Under the pieces are notes generated by a model that was not told the origin of the DNA, searched no databases, and saw nothing but the letters and a program-made list of their open reading frames with translations. From positions 2,711 through 66,710 of the forward strand of contig CAZXZO010000001.1 of NCBI GenBank assembly GCA_964645485.1: DNA of 64,000 nt, in the 5' to 3' direction. Source of the stretch: an uncultured Candidatus Poseidoniales archaeon. GTDB lineage: Archaea > Thermoplasmatota > Poseidoniia > Poseidoniales > Thalassarchaeaceae. Position numbers and translations under genes: made by a program. Each line of letters begins with the position of its first letter. The first letter of the stretch is position 1. Below, piece by piece: positions 48,662-58,413 of the stretch.

Positions 48662-49111
48662 ATGATGGGAGAATCAGGGACTGATATCATAGGCCGGCTC
48701 GGTGGAAAGGATTTGAATGAAGATGGGAGAATAATCAATCTCGTTATTGTTGGTTCAAGTAGATTTTATGATTTTTCTGTGGTGGAACAAGCGATTGAAG
48801 ATTGGACCGAGAAGGAAGCACATCCCGATTTAGTAATCACCGGTGGTGCTAGCGGAGTAGATTACCTAGCCGAGCGTTGGGCTGAGAACAACAATGTCCC
48901 GCACGCCGCTTTCAGTGAGGAATGGGGTTCTCCAAGAAAGGGATTGCAGGATTCGGGTCGCGATGAAGCACCTACATCTCTTACCCATCGCCTCCTTGAT
49001 GCAGCAACAGAACTCATCGCTTTTCCTTCAAGCACAAGTAAGTGGACTAGAATTGTAATTGAGATGGCAGAAGAGCGTGGAATTCCCTTCACAGTAGTTG
49101 AAGTTGATTGA
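48662..49111 (+). CDS. DUF2493 / SLOG-family Rossmann-like protein.
   Basis: INLVIVGSSRF...PDLVITGGASGVDYLAERWA...IAFPSSTSKWTRIVIEMAEERGIP matches the DUF2493 pattern (GGAxGADxxAExWA). Confidence 0.5.
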   Translation: MMGESGTDIIGRLGGKDLNEDGRIINLVIVGSSRFYDFSVVEQAIEDWTEKEAHPDLVITGGASGVDYLAERWAENNNVPHAAFSEEWGSPRKGLQDSGRDEAPTSLTHRLLDAATELIAFPSSTSKWTRIVIEMAEERGIPFTVVEVD

Positions 49112-49215
49112 GAAATAATCCAAGAAAAGGGTCAACAGGCCACAAATTTATCTGACTTTCTCTTAATACACAAGAGGGGAATCATCAAACATGGTGTGGT
49201 TGGCGTGGTTATAGT

Positions 49216-52200
49216 ATGGCCGGAGGTATGAGAACTGCTCTCCTGTTCACTTTGGTGTTAGCCTTCTCATCAGTTGTATCTATATTACCAGTTGAGGAAC
49301 ATCAAAACTTATCATCCGAAGAGGAATCTCTACCAACTTCCTCTAAGGCACTAATTATCTGGTCAGGGACCATGGATATCAACAATGATTTCACTGTTGC
49401 TGCCGGTGATGAATTGCGCATTTTTGCTGGAACAACTCTGCAAATGGGGCCAGGCGTTAGAATTTATGTTGATGGCAAAGTAGTAGCAGATGGTACCGCG
49501 GCTGACCCAATTACCATCCAAGTTCAATCAGGATTCACTTGGCACGATGGATTTCAATTTAATTCGTCAAGCCGAAATAGAGGTTCTTCTCTGCGAAACG
49601 TTACCTTCAATGACGCACAATTTGGAATTACAATATTCAACAGCGACCCAGTTATTGAAGATGTTTTATTCAATAATGTTGACTTAGTTGCTATTGATTT
49701 GTTTGACGGTGCGAATCCGATTATTCGAAGAACCACCTTCGCAGGTGGTGGTCAAGATGTGCATGGAAGCATGACTAATTGGCGTTATGGAATTGGGCTA
49801 TCTATCGGTGCGAGTTCAGCACCATTTGTTGAAGATGTAAATTTCACAAATCAAATCACTCGGGCAATTTCCTACTGGGGAAATAGTGGTGGTGTCATTC
49901 GGGGAGTGAATATCACAGATGTTGGTGGGGCAACAATGAATATTTCAGCCGCAATTTTTGTTGAAGACTCATTGCCCCTGATTGAAGACGTATCGATCTC
50001 AAAATGTGATAATGGAATTTACATTCTTCATGCAACTGACAGCCTAATTACCCGGCCAGTTTTCAGAGACGTAGTTGTAGGGGATTCACAATACTCTGCA
50101 ATAATGATGACCAAATCTGACCGTTCCAACTATTCAACCTACATGATGGGGCGTTTCCATAATTTGGAAGTGTTTGGTACAGGTGGACCAAACTCATCAT
50201 CTCCTGGCTTGGCATATGGAACAGTTTTCCTCAACACAAGTGGTGGCTGGTTCGAAGATGTGAACATCCATGATAATACCATCAACGGGATAAAATTGTA
50301 CATGACAGACCCAGCTACGAGTTTCATAAACACCTCGATAACTCGCTCTGGTGCCCTCATAGGGGGTACAAATGAGCGTGCAGGTTTCTTCATGCGAAGT
50401 AGTAGTAATGGTGGTCCATCAATACAAAATCTGACTGTTTCAGAGTCTCCGGGAGTTGGTATTTTTGTGTCTAAGGGGGATGTTAGTGGTTCAGATTGGG
50501 TCACAGAAGATAACGGGAATGAAGGTCTACTTGTTCAGGATGCATTCCCCTCTGTTTCCAACATTTTATCACAAAATAATGGCTTTTCTGGATTACGGGT
50601 GAGTAATTCCAATAGGCTTGCGTTGCAGAATTTTGAATCTAGACATAATGGCTATTCCGCTCCTAGTGCCCAGAATGGTGCAGGCATGGTTTTTGTTGAA
50701 AGTAATCAATATGGTATGTTTGCTGGAACCAATGTACAATGCGCTCAATGTAAATCAATTGACGATAATTGGGGGGCACTTAGAGTTCAAGATTCAGTTG
50801 ACATTCAGTTTGTAGATTTGGAGGTCAATGACCCGAATGTAGCCCAAGGACAGTCAGCGATTGTTATCGACGATTCGAATATGAATTGGGATGGTTGGGT
50901 TGATTTTGATGGCGCTGAAATCCATGCAAATTTATCGGCAACCGCACCAGTCATACTGATTGATGACGCAGATGCTAGACTCGAAGGAATCAATCTATAT
51001 GGGAATCATTCAGGAATCCAATGGAGTGGAAGAACTCTTGATTCTAAGATAGGAAACAGCACTTTAGTAGGGAATAACTGTTTATCGCTATCAAATCTAC
51101 CAAAATTGAACACATGGGGCTTGGATGTTTCAGGGTGTTCAGGCAGCGTGACGGTTGCTGGAAGCGACCTAAATCTAACTGATTACATTCAGGGTAGTGT
51201 GCCTTTCTCAATTACTGGGCAGAGTTATGTCCGCGCAATTTCAAGTCAAGTGACGATTCCCACATTGGCACCGAGTGTAACCTTTGACGAAATGTGGTTT
51301 GTTGATTTGTGGGTCGTTAATCAGTTTAGTCATGGATTACCAAATGCAATTGTTAACGCATCTTTTTCACAATTTGAAACTGATTTCTCAACAACAGTTC
51401 CGTACGGTGGAAACAAAATTCTCGGGCCGTTTGTTGGCCAAAGGCATACATTAACGGGCGCATCTGCAGTGACAGATTTCTCAACAGAATGTTGGTATGA
51501 TAATACGCAAGGAACTACTGGTCCAGATGCACTCAATCAAGATTTGATGATGCACTTGTGCACCATTACCCTAGTCAACCAAGCCCCACTAATTCTTTGG
51601 GACGAGCCTTTGAATGGAACAGTAACCAGTTCAGGCGCGGAAATCTGGTTTAACGCTAGTAACTCATGGGATTTGGATAATGACCCAATCACTTTCCAAT
51701 GGATAAGTGACATTGATGGCGATGCACCTTCATTCTGCGGTGGTTTTGGTAACGGAGTTGTACCCGGCGACTTGTTGGTTAACGGGCCCGATATCCAAGG
51801 TCAGTGTACGCTTACAGATGGTGTTCACCAAATCACTCTAGAGGTATGTGACGACCAAGGTAACTGTGCTAGTGAAACTCGCACAATTGAGTTTGTTAAT
51901 CTGCCACCCTCAGTCATTGTCCAGACGACACCCCCTCTTGACTGGGACGGGGTACTACGTCTCAATTTCACAGAAAATCTCCATGTTAACGCAAGTGATA
52001 CAACTGACGCCGAGGGTGACTTTATTCAGACTGGTGAATGGGCAGACTATGAGCAGGCTGGAATTCAAGTTTCAGCCACCTATCCCCTTGAATGGAATAG
52101 GACATTTGAGTTGGCTACAAACAGGCAATTCACATACACGATGGCATTCTCTGACGGACTAAATCCGACTGTGTATTACAACATCTCAGTCGAAGTTCAA

Positions 52201-54024
52201 AATGAATATCCTCATCCATCTTTCACAGTCAACCGAGATTCTAATTTGTCTCAGTCAGTCATAACACTAGATGGCTCAGCATCGTTTGACCCTGAGGGTG
52301 ATACAATTTCTGCATGGTGGCATTCCGATATTGATGGTGACTTGAATACATCAATGTCAAACCCACTAATTTGGAACGGGTATCTTAGCCAAGGTTCACA
52401 CACCATTAGCCTACGACTCTCTGATGATGATTCATACCATATCAATCAGTGGTCAGCACCATTTGAAGTTGAGGTTGAGGTACTCAACTCTCCTCCGCTA
52501 GCCCACATTGAATTACCAACTCCAACTGATAGTATTGAGTCAGCCGACTTAGTTCAATTTTCAGCCTATGGTTCAGGCGATTGGGATGCTCCTTGCTCAG
52601 AAGCATTTCCCGAAATGTCAACTGGTTGGTTGTGTAACCCAGGCAACCCTTCTATGCCCGATACAGTAACACCTGTGTGGACTAGTGATTTGCTTAGTGA
52701 ACCATTTGGCGGTGATTGGCAGGTAGAGGCTAGATTACCTAGTGGCACTAATGTAGTCACTCTCACAGTCTCAGATGGGGTAAACCCCCCAGTAACCGAT
52801 TCTATTACTCTTGAAGTTTCAACAAGCGCCCCGATTCTAGTCCTCAGTTCGCCAGACGATGGGATTGAAGTTGTGAGCAACGAAGTTGTACTTTTTGACC
52901 CTCAACAATCTTGGGACCCCGATGGTGATAACTTTACTTTTTCAGTCACTTCTAACCTGTTTAGTGAGCCTATACTTGATGCGGTTAATCCAAATTTCTG
53001 GTACTCAAGATATGTTCCCTCGGGTGATCACATCCTAACCTACACTGTTACAGATGAAACTGGGAAGAGTAGGAATGAGACGCGTTCTTTGAAGGTTTTA
53101 GCATCTCCACCTGTGGCAATTATTTCCTCACCTCAAGAAGGAGAAACAATTTCTCCTGGTGCAAACATAATGCTCAATGCTAACGAATCATGGGATGCGG
53201 ATGAGGACATAATTCTCTATCGCTGGTACCTTGGTCAGGGTTCATCTGCTGTGTTGTTGAATGAGACTGAAATGGGCAACCAGACATTGGCTCCGGGATT
53301 ACATCTGGTTTCACTCCAAGTCAAAGATAGTCGAGGTTCTTCAACATGGGCTTTCGTCAACATTACTGTTGAAGATTCGTGGCCGGTCTTGGATGATTTG
53401 TTAGTTGAACCGGGCACATTGACTGCTGGAGTTGAATCAGTAATTACAACCAGGGCTATCGTACTTGATGCTGATATGACAACATGGGAATGCGTAGGTT
53501 GGGCATCTCAAGGTGGAATTGAGACCGAATTTTCACTTTCTGATGATGGTACAAATTCTGATGACGTTGCTAGTGACAGCACTTGGACAGGCCAAGTGAA
53601 AATCACACCTGGCCGTGATGGATGGGTGAATATCGAGGTAGTTTGCCGTGATGGACCCAGTGCTGAACCTCAATTATCAAATCGTCTTTCTTCTACTATT
53701 AGAGTTGAAGGAGCATCTCAACAATCATCATTCTTTGATGTCATAATGGATAGTACAATTGCAATTATTCTTGGTCTTCTTGGACTTGCAATTGTCGGCG
53801 GCGTATTCTTCACATTTGCTCGTAAACGCCGCCTTGCTGCCGACTTACAGATGATTGAATCGTGGGGTGTTGGTGGATTTGGTGATGAAGATGATGAGTC
53901 ACCATTTGATGAAGAAGATACAATCGCTGTATCAGGCAATGTAAAACCTCTTGACTTTACTGAAGAGGTAGATTCTGAAGGAATATCAGATGATGATATT
54001 CCTTCGATGGTTGAACTTGACTAA
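49216..54024 (+). CDS. Giant secreted surface protein (1602 aa). It has an N-terminal right-handed parallel beta-helix region, multiple PKD/Ig-like modules, a C-terminal TM anchor and an acidic cytoplasmic tail.
   Basis: Signal peptide TALLFTLVLAFSSVVSILP. PbH1-like repeats (NVTFNDAQFGITIFNS...). Recurring SWDxDxDxIxFxW motifs. TM IAIILGLLGLAIVGGVFFTFARKRR. Confidence 0.7.
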   Translation: MAGGMRTALLFTLVLAFSSVVSILPVEEHQNLSSEEESLPTSSKALIIWSGTMDINNDFTVAAGDELRIFAGTTLQMGPGVRIYVDGKVVADGTAADPITIQVQSGFTWHDGFQFNSSSRNRGSSLRNVTFNDAQFGITIFNSDPVIEDVLFNNVDLVAIDLFDGANPIIRRTTFAGGGQDVHGSMTNWRYGIGLSIGASSAPFVEDVNFTNQITRAISYWGNSGGVIRGVNITDVGGATMNISAAIFVEDSLPLIEDVSISKCDNGIYILHATDSLITRPVFRDVVVGDSQYSAIMMTKSDRSNYSTYMMGRFHNLEVFGTGGPNSSSPGLAYGTVFLNTSGGWFEDVNIHDNTINGIKLYMTDPATSFINTSITRSGALIGGTNERAGFFMRSSSNGGPSIQNLTVSESPGVGIFVSKGDVSGSDWVTEDNGNEGLLVQDAFPSVSNILSQNNGFSGLRVSNSNRLALQNFESRHNGYSAPSAQNGAGMVFVESNQYGMFAGTNVQCAQCKSIDDNWGALRVQDSVDIQFVDLEVNDPNVAQGQSAIVIDDSNMNWDGWVDFDGAEIHANLSATAPVILIDDADARLEGINLYGNHSGIQWSGRTLDSKIGNSTLVGNNCLSLSNLPKLNTWGLDVSGCSGSVTVAGSDLNLTDYIQGSVPFSITGQSYVRAISSQVTIPTLAPSVTFDEMWFVDLWVVNQFSHGLPNAIVNASFSQFETDFSTTVPYGGNKILGPFVGQRHTLTGASAVTDFSTECWYDNTQGTTGPDALNQDLMMHLCTITLVNQAPLILWDEPLNGTVTSSGAEIWFNASNSWDLDNDPITFQWISDIDGDAPSFCGGFGNGVVPGDLLVNGPDIQGQCTLTDGVHQITLEVCDDQGNCASETRTIEFVNLPPSVIVQTTPPLDWDGVLRLNFTENLHVNASDTTDAEGDFIQTGEWADYEQAGIQVSATYPLEWNRTFELATNRQFTYTMAFSDGLNPTVYYNISVEVQNEYPHPSFTVNRDSNLSQSVITLDGSASFDPEGDTISAWWHSDIDGDLNTSMSNPLIWNGYLSQGSHTISLRLSDDDSYHINQWSAPFEVEVEVLNSPPLAHIELPTPTDSIESADLVQFSAYGSGDWDAPCSEAFPEMSTGWLCNPGNPSMPDTVTPVWTSDLLSEPFGGDWQVEARLPSGTNVVTLTVSDGVNPPVTDSITLEVSTSAPILVLSSPDDGIEVVSNEVVLFDPQQSWDPDGDNFTFSVTSNLFSEPILDAVNPNFWYSRYVPSGDHILTYTVTDETGKSRNETRSLKVLASPPVAIISSPQEGETISPGANIMLNANESWDADEDIILYRWYLGQGSSAVLLNETEMGNQTLAPGLHLVSLQVKDSRGSSTWAFVNITVEDSWPVLDDLLVEPGTLTAGVESVITTRAIVLDADMTTWECVGWASQGGIETEFSLSDDGTNSDDVASDSTWTGQVKITPGRDGWVNIEVVCRDGPSAEPQLSNRLSSTIRVEGASQQSSFFDVIMDSTIAIILGLLGLAIVGGVFFTFARKRRLAADLQMIESWGVGGFGDEDDESPFDEEDTIAVSGNVKPLDFTEEVDSEGISDDDIPSMVELD

Positions 54025-54042
54025 GTTTTGATTACAACAATG

Positions 54043-54444
54043 TTAGATGAGATGGGACATGTCCCATTGATTTTCTGATTGATTATTTAGCGGCACACCT
54101 AGATTAAATGCTTGAGTTTTATTCACCGGAATTCGCATTCTTAGCACAGATTGACCCCATATTTTCCCTTGTGAATCGAGTCTCAAGGAAGTTGTAGCGC
54201 CCCCACCTAATCCTTCCCTTAACAAGCAATTCACTGCACCTATACCAGGCATAGGCCAAACCGATATTTGACCGGTGACCGAATCGCCATACCACTCTTC
54301 TAGGAGTTTTGGGGTTAGAGCATCCTCTAAGATTTCGAGCCACTTTTTTTGGTGAGCAATTAGTCCAATATTGAACGAATCTCCTTTATCACCTGACCTA
54401 CCATGTGCTAAATCTGATAGTGGTATCCAAACAACTTCACTCAA
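54043..54444 (-). CDS. Small protein co-transcribed with the AtuA-like gene (DUF4387-like partner).
   Basis: 133 aa. 4-nt overlap with the upstream DUF1446 gene. Pairing of DUF1446 with a ~100-130 aa partner is typical. Confidence 0.45.
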   Translation of the reverse strand: MSEVVWIPLSDLAHGRSGDKGDSFNIGLIAHQKKWLEILEDALTPKLLEEWYGDSVTGQISVWPMPGIGAVNCLLREGLGGGATTSLRLDSQGKIWGQSVLRMRIPVNKTQAFNLGVPLNNQSENQWDMSHLI

Positions 54445-56096
54445 GTTTCCACCTCTTTTTCAGTTAAATTAGTTAATTCAATTATTGGATCGGTTTTTTC
54501 CCACCCGAGTTTCTTGGTAATTGGGTGTGTCCACTCTCGCTCTTCAAGTTCATCTTGTAAGCGAGAGATGAAGCCTCTTGTGCGCTTGCGAATAAAATGG
54601 AACCGTTCACTTTCTTCATTGATATGAATATGAGTAAGAATTTCAACTTTCACCATAGATTCAACAGATTTTCTTGAGATTAGAGTTGGCCAAAATTGTA
54701 GTTGACGGCGCGGTTTTGGACGTGCTCCATATCCGCCAACTCCCGCTGGACCAGTTAGTACAAGCGGAGCAATTTCTCTTGTGAATTCTGTTATATTTTG
54801 ACGAATAGGACTTGTGGCTGCCCACCGAAGTAAGATTTCAGGTGGGTTAAGTTTTGGTGACATTCTCTGGCGGACATTGTCGGGTAGACTAACTCCGCCA
54901 CCGATGAATTCGGTGTGAATTTCCAATTCTTCTAAGTCAGCAAGCCTAGTTCTCAAAGCGGTATCACAAGCGGTCGCTCTGGCCATTGCATCGGGTCCAC
55001 TGACAAGAAGGCTGGAGGAAGCAAACCAACCACCCTCTATAGCGGCGCTGACTTTCAGAGAGCTCGGTTCAGTTTTACCTACAGCACCTCTGACTACAAC
55101 TACATCCTCAGATTCATCTTCAATAGTAATATTCCGCATATCAACTACAACATCAGGGGTGATATATGATTCAGGATTCCCGATTTCATAAATCAATTGT
55201 TCAGCAACAATATTTCTGTTCACCATGCCACCTCCGCCTTCACCTCGAGTAATTTTCACATCACCATTTGCATAAATTTCAGCAATCGGTAAGGTGAGAG
55301 TTGCAAGGTTTTGCACCTCAGTCCAATTAGAATAATTCCCTCCACAAACTTGCGCCCCACATTCTATCAAATGGCCTGCAGTGGTCCATTGTGCAAGAAT
55401 ATCGATCGGATTTGTGATGTGTGAGGGAGCCCAATCTACGACCGGAGATTCTCGAGTTAGCCCAAGTTTGAATGCATTTGATGCCCAGCCTGCAGAATGT
55501 AACATACAGCCGACTAGAAGGCTAGCATCTGCAACTCGTCCTGTAATGATGATATCCGCACCGATTTCAAGTGCAGATGCTATTGGCCCAGCGCCAAGAT
55601 AGGCATTTGCTGACATCATCTCAGAGCCATTTCTGGGGAGTGTTTCTCCACTTTCAAAATGAGTTAATTGTTCTCCATTTTTTAGTAGATAATCAAGTCT
55701 AGGTAGGATATCATCTCCTAAAATGACCGCAACCCTACAGTCGTGCCAACCTATTCTGGCTGCTTGTTTGAGGACCATTTTCGCACAAGATTCGGGATTT
55801 GCACCACCACCATTTGTAACCAACTTCACTGATTTTTTCCTCAGTGCATCTATTCCACCTGCAGAAAGCCATGTTTCAAGGTCTGTTGCCCACCCTGCAT
55901 TCGGGTCACGGCTTTTCTGTTTGGCCATAATTGAGAGAGTTAATTCAGCAAGGTAATCAATCATCATGTAATCTAAATCATCGCTCTTGAGAAGGTCAAT
56001 TGGTGCAAGAGGTCTGTCACCCCAAAAACCACCACCTGAACCAATTCTAATTGGCTCTTCGCAGACAACACCAAAATTGGATGTACTAACCGTCAA
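54441..56096 (-). CDS. AtuA-like protein (DUF1446, acyclic terpene utilisation family).
   Basis: N-terminal IRIGSGGGFWGDR, ...YLGAGPIASALEIGADIIITGRVADASL, and a length of ~550 aa. Confidence 0.55.
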   Translation of the reverse strand: MTVSTSNFGVVCEEPIRIGSGGGFWGDRPLAPIDLLKSDDLDYMMIDYLAELTLSIMAKQKSRDPNAGWATDLETWLSAGGIDALRKKSVKLVTNGGGANPESCAKMVLKQAARIGWHDCRVAVILGDDILPRLDYLLKNGEQLTHFESGETLPRNGSEMMSANAYLGAGPIASALEIGADIIITGRVADASLLVGCMLHSAGWASNAFKLGLTRESPVVDWAPSHITNPIDILAQWTTAGHLIECGAQVCGGNYSNWTEVQNLATLTLPIAEIYANGDVKITRGEGGGGMVNRNIVAEQLIYEIGNPESYITPDVVVDMRNITIEDESEDVVVVRGAVGKTEPSSLKVSAAIEGGWFASSSLLVSGPDAMARATACDTALRTRLADLEELEIHTEFIGGGVSLPDNVRQRMSPKLNPPEILLRWAATSPIRQNITEFTREIAPLVLTGPAGVGGYGARPKPRRQLQFWPTLISRKSVESMVKVEILTHIHINEESERFHFIRKRTRGFISRLQDELEEREWTHPITKKLGWEKTDPIIELTNLTEKEVET

Positions 56097-56194
56097 ATCC
56101 TACTACCGGAATCGTATTACTACTGTGTAGTAATTGAACCTATGAGTGTCTATGGTAACAGGAGGTGTTGGTAGCAACACCGATTTTTATTGTG

Positions 56195-56941
56195 TTATTC
56201 CTCTGGACCCCAAGGCGAACGAGTTCGATTCAGTCCGAAACGCTTGAGATATAGGAAGATTAGATTCTTTCTTCCATCTGCCCATGTGTTGATTTCAGCG
56301 TCTCCAACTCGAGGATAATATGGCACTGAAATTTCAATTGCCTTTTTCTTGCCAAAACAGCGCCGTGCATTGATTTTCATTTCTTCTGAAAGTGGCATTC
56401 CATCATTTGTTGGCCTCATTTTCGGATTATCCATGATACGCTTGTAAAATACCCACATACCGGATTGGGAATCATGAATTCCATACCAAAATAACATGCG
56501 GGCGGTGAAAGACAAGGCCCAATTTCCAAAGCCATGCATACCTGACATACTTCCTTCTTCGGCTCTCTTGAGACGATCACAGGTGATAAATTCCAATTTT
56601 TCTTCAACTAATTTTCTAACTAACCCAGGGACTTCTTCTCCAGGATAGGTGCAGTCTGCATCCATTGTTACGATAATTTCTCCCGGGGCCATCGCGAACC
56701 CTGTTCGATATGCTCGACCATACCCTTTTCGTGGCTCAAGATATACCTGTGCTCCTTCTTGTTCCGCTAGTTCTCTTGTTTTATCAGATGAATTTCCGTC
56801 AATGATTAAGAAATCTAGTTTTTCACACCATCCATCAGACGGTACCGAACGAATCGTATCAACGATTGCAGCCTCTTCATTCCGGGTCGGTATAACCACT
56901 GTCACATGTACTGGGAGTGTATCAGACATCTCTGTCACCAA
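56195..56941 (-). CDS. GT2 glycosyltransferase, dolichyl-phosphate hexose synthase (DPM1-like).
   Basis: VTVVIPTRNEE, DFLIIDGNSSDKT and TMDADCTYP (DxD) motifs. Confidence 0.7.
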   Translation of the reverse strand: MVTEMSDTLPVHVTVVIPTRNEEAAIVDTIRSVPSDGWCEKLDFLIIDGNSSDKTRELAEQEGAQVYLEPRKGYGRAYRTGFAMAPGEIIVTMDADCTYPGEEVPGLVRKLVEEKLEFITCDRLKRAEEGSMSGMHGFGNWALSFTARMLFWYGIHDSQSGMWVFYKRIMDNPKMRPTNDGMPLSEEMKINARRCFGKKKAIEISVPYYPRVGDAEINTWADGRKNLIFLYLKRFGLNRTRSPWGPEE

Positions 56942-57018
56942 ATCGCCGACTTACCCATCTCTCTTGAAAGGCTCTATCGGATGAACTATCAAGGAAGCGC
57001 TTGAAAACCATAGCCTAA

Positions 57019-58329
57019 GTGGCCGTTATGCCTGAATTGGCATTTGGAGGTGGGAAATTGCACGTGGCAATGTTGTCGGGCGAATATCCACCCCGTTGGG
57101 GTGGGATGGGTTCAACCGTCTTTCATCTATCAGGTGCCCTAGCCAAAATAGGACACAAGGTGACGGTGATAACGCGCCGCGATTCTCAGGCGATAAAGAA
57201 TCCATCTTTGATTCCTAAACTCGACGGCGTGAATGTTTTGATGGTAAAATGGGCAAAAATCCCAATGGCTTTCACCCGTTCATATGGTCGGCACGCATTG
57301 AAGGAATTGTTACGACTTCACAAGGTTGATCCAGTGGATGCAGTTCATGTGCATGCGCCGATGATTTCCTGGACCGCCAAACAATTTGCCCAAGTTCGGG
57401 CTGAAATTGGTAACGTCACAACAACTCTGCATGGTTCTTGGCTTGGCGAGAGAGATGGGATGCTTCGGGCAGCAAAACTTGGGGAGTCAGCGACTTGGAA
57501 GAATGCAAATGATTTAGCGATTTTATTGTCGGCTAAACATTATGCAAAATATGAGCGCGCCGCGGTTCGTGGTTCAACTGTTTGCGTTGCTAATTCGGAG
57601 GCTACTAAACTAGATTTTGAACAGCGATATGACCCGCCTAAAAATTGGCGCGTTGAGGTAGTGCGATGGGGTGTTGATATTGACATGTTCCGTCCGCAAA
57701 ATCATGATGATGAAGATTCACAATTAGCACATGAAAAAATGCGCAGTCGTTATGGTCAACCAGATGAAGCTGCACTCCGAGGTGATGCTGATACAAAGAC
57801 TCCATTATTGTTAGCAGTAGGCCGATTAGCAGGGCGTAAAGGCTTCCGAACTTTACTAAGAGGGATGCCCGAAATTTTAGAAAAAAATAGTGGTGCACAT
57901 TTGGTAATTGTTGGCCGTGGTCACATGCGAAAAACCCTATTGAAGCAGGCAAAAAAACTAGGTATCCGGGATTCAGTAACGATAGAATCTGGAATGGCAT
58001 TTTCAGACTTGGCTCAGTTATTCAGGTCTGCTGATTTAACCATCTATCCTTCGCTATATGAGGGTCAAGGATTGATACCATTGGAATCAATGGCATCTGG
58101 TACTCCTTGTGCAACTGTGAATGATGGTCCCCTACCCGAAATGGTGGATGAATCAGTTGGTGGCTTATTTGAAGTTGGTAACCCTTCTTCTCTCGCTGAA
58201 ACAGTCAACGGACTTCTCAACAACCCAGAACTTATTCCAGAATTAGTGGCAAACGGCCGAAGAAGGGTGGTTGAGGAATATACATATCACTTAAATGCAG
58301 AAAAATATGCAATTTTTTACTCACAATGA
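57019..58329 (+). CDS. Glycosyltransferase family 4 (GT-B).
   Basis: EGQGLIPLESMASGTPCATVNDGPLPEMV motif. N-terminal GT4 Rossmann domain. Confidence 0.7.
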   Translation: MAVMPELAFGGGKLHVAMLSGEYPPRWGGMGSTVFHLSGALAKIGHKVTVITRRDSQAIKNPSLIPKLDGVNVLMVKWAKIPMAFTRSYGRHALKELLRLHKVDPVDAVHVHAPMISWTAKQFAQVRAEIGNVTTTLHGSWLGERDGMLRAAKLGESATWKNANDLAILLSAKHYAKYERAAVRGSTVCVANSEATKLDFEQRYDPPKNWRVEVVRWGVDIDMFRPQNHDDEDSQLAHEKMRSRYGQPDEAALRGDADTKTPLLLAVGRLAGRKGFRTLLRGMPEILEKNSGAHLVIVGRGHMRKTLLKQAKKLGIRDSVTIESGMAFSDLAQLFRSADLTIYPSLYEGQGLIPLESMASGTPCATVNDGPLPEMVDESVGGLFEVGNPSSLAETVNGLLNNPELIPELVANGRRRVVEEYTYHLNAEKYAIFYSQ

Positions 58330-58413
58330 GGTATTCATACTCACAATTGGTGATTTTCCCTTTCATCAAGCCTGCAAAGCGATTATCACTATGAGGGATG
58401 CCTAAGGCATCCA

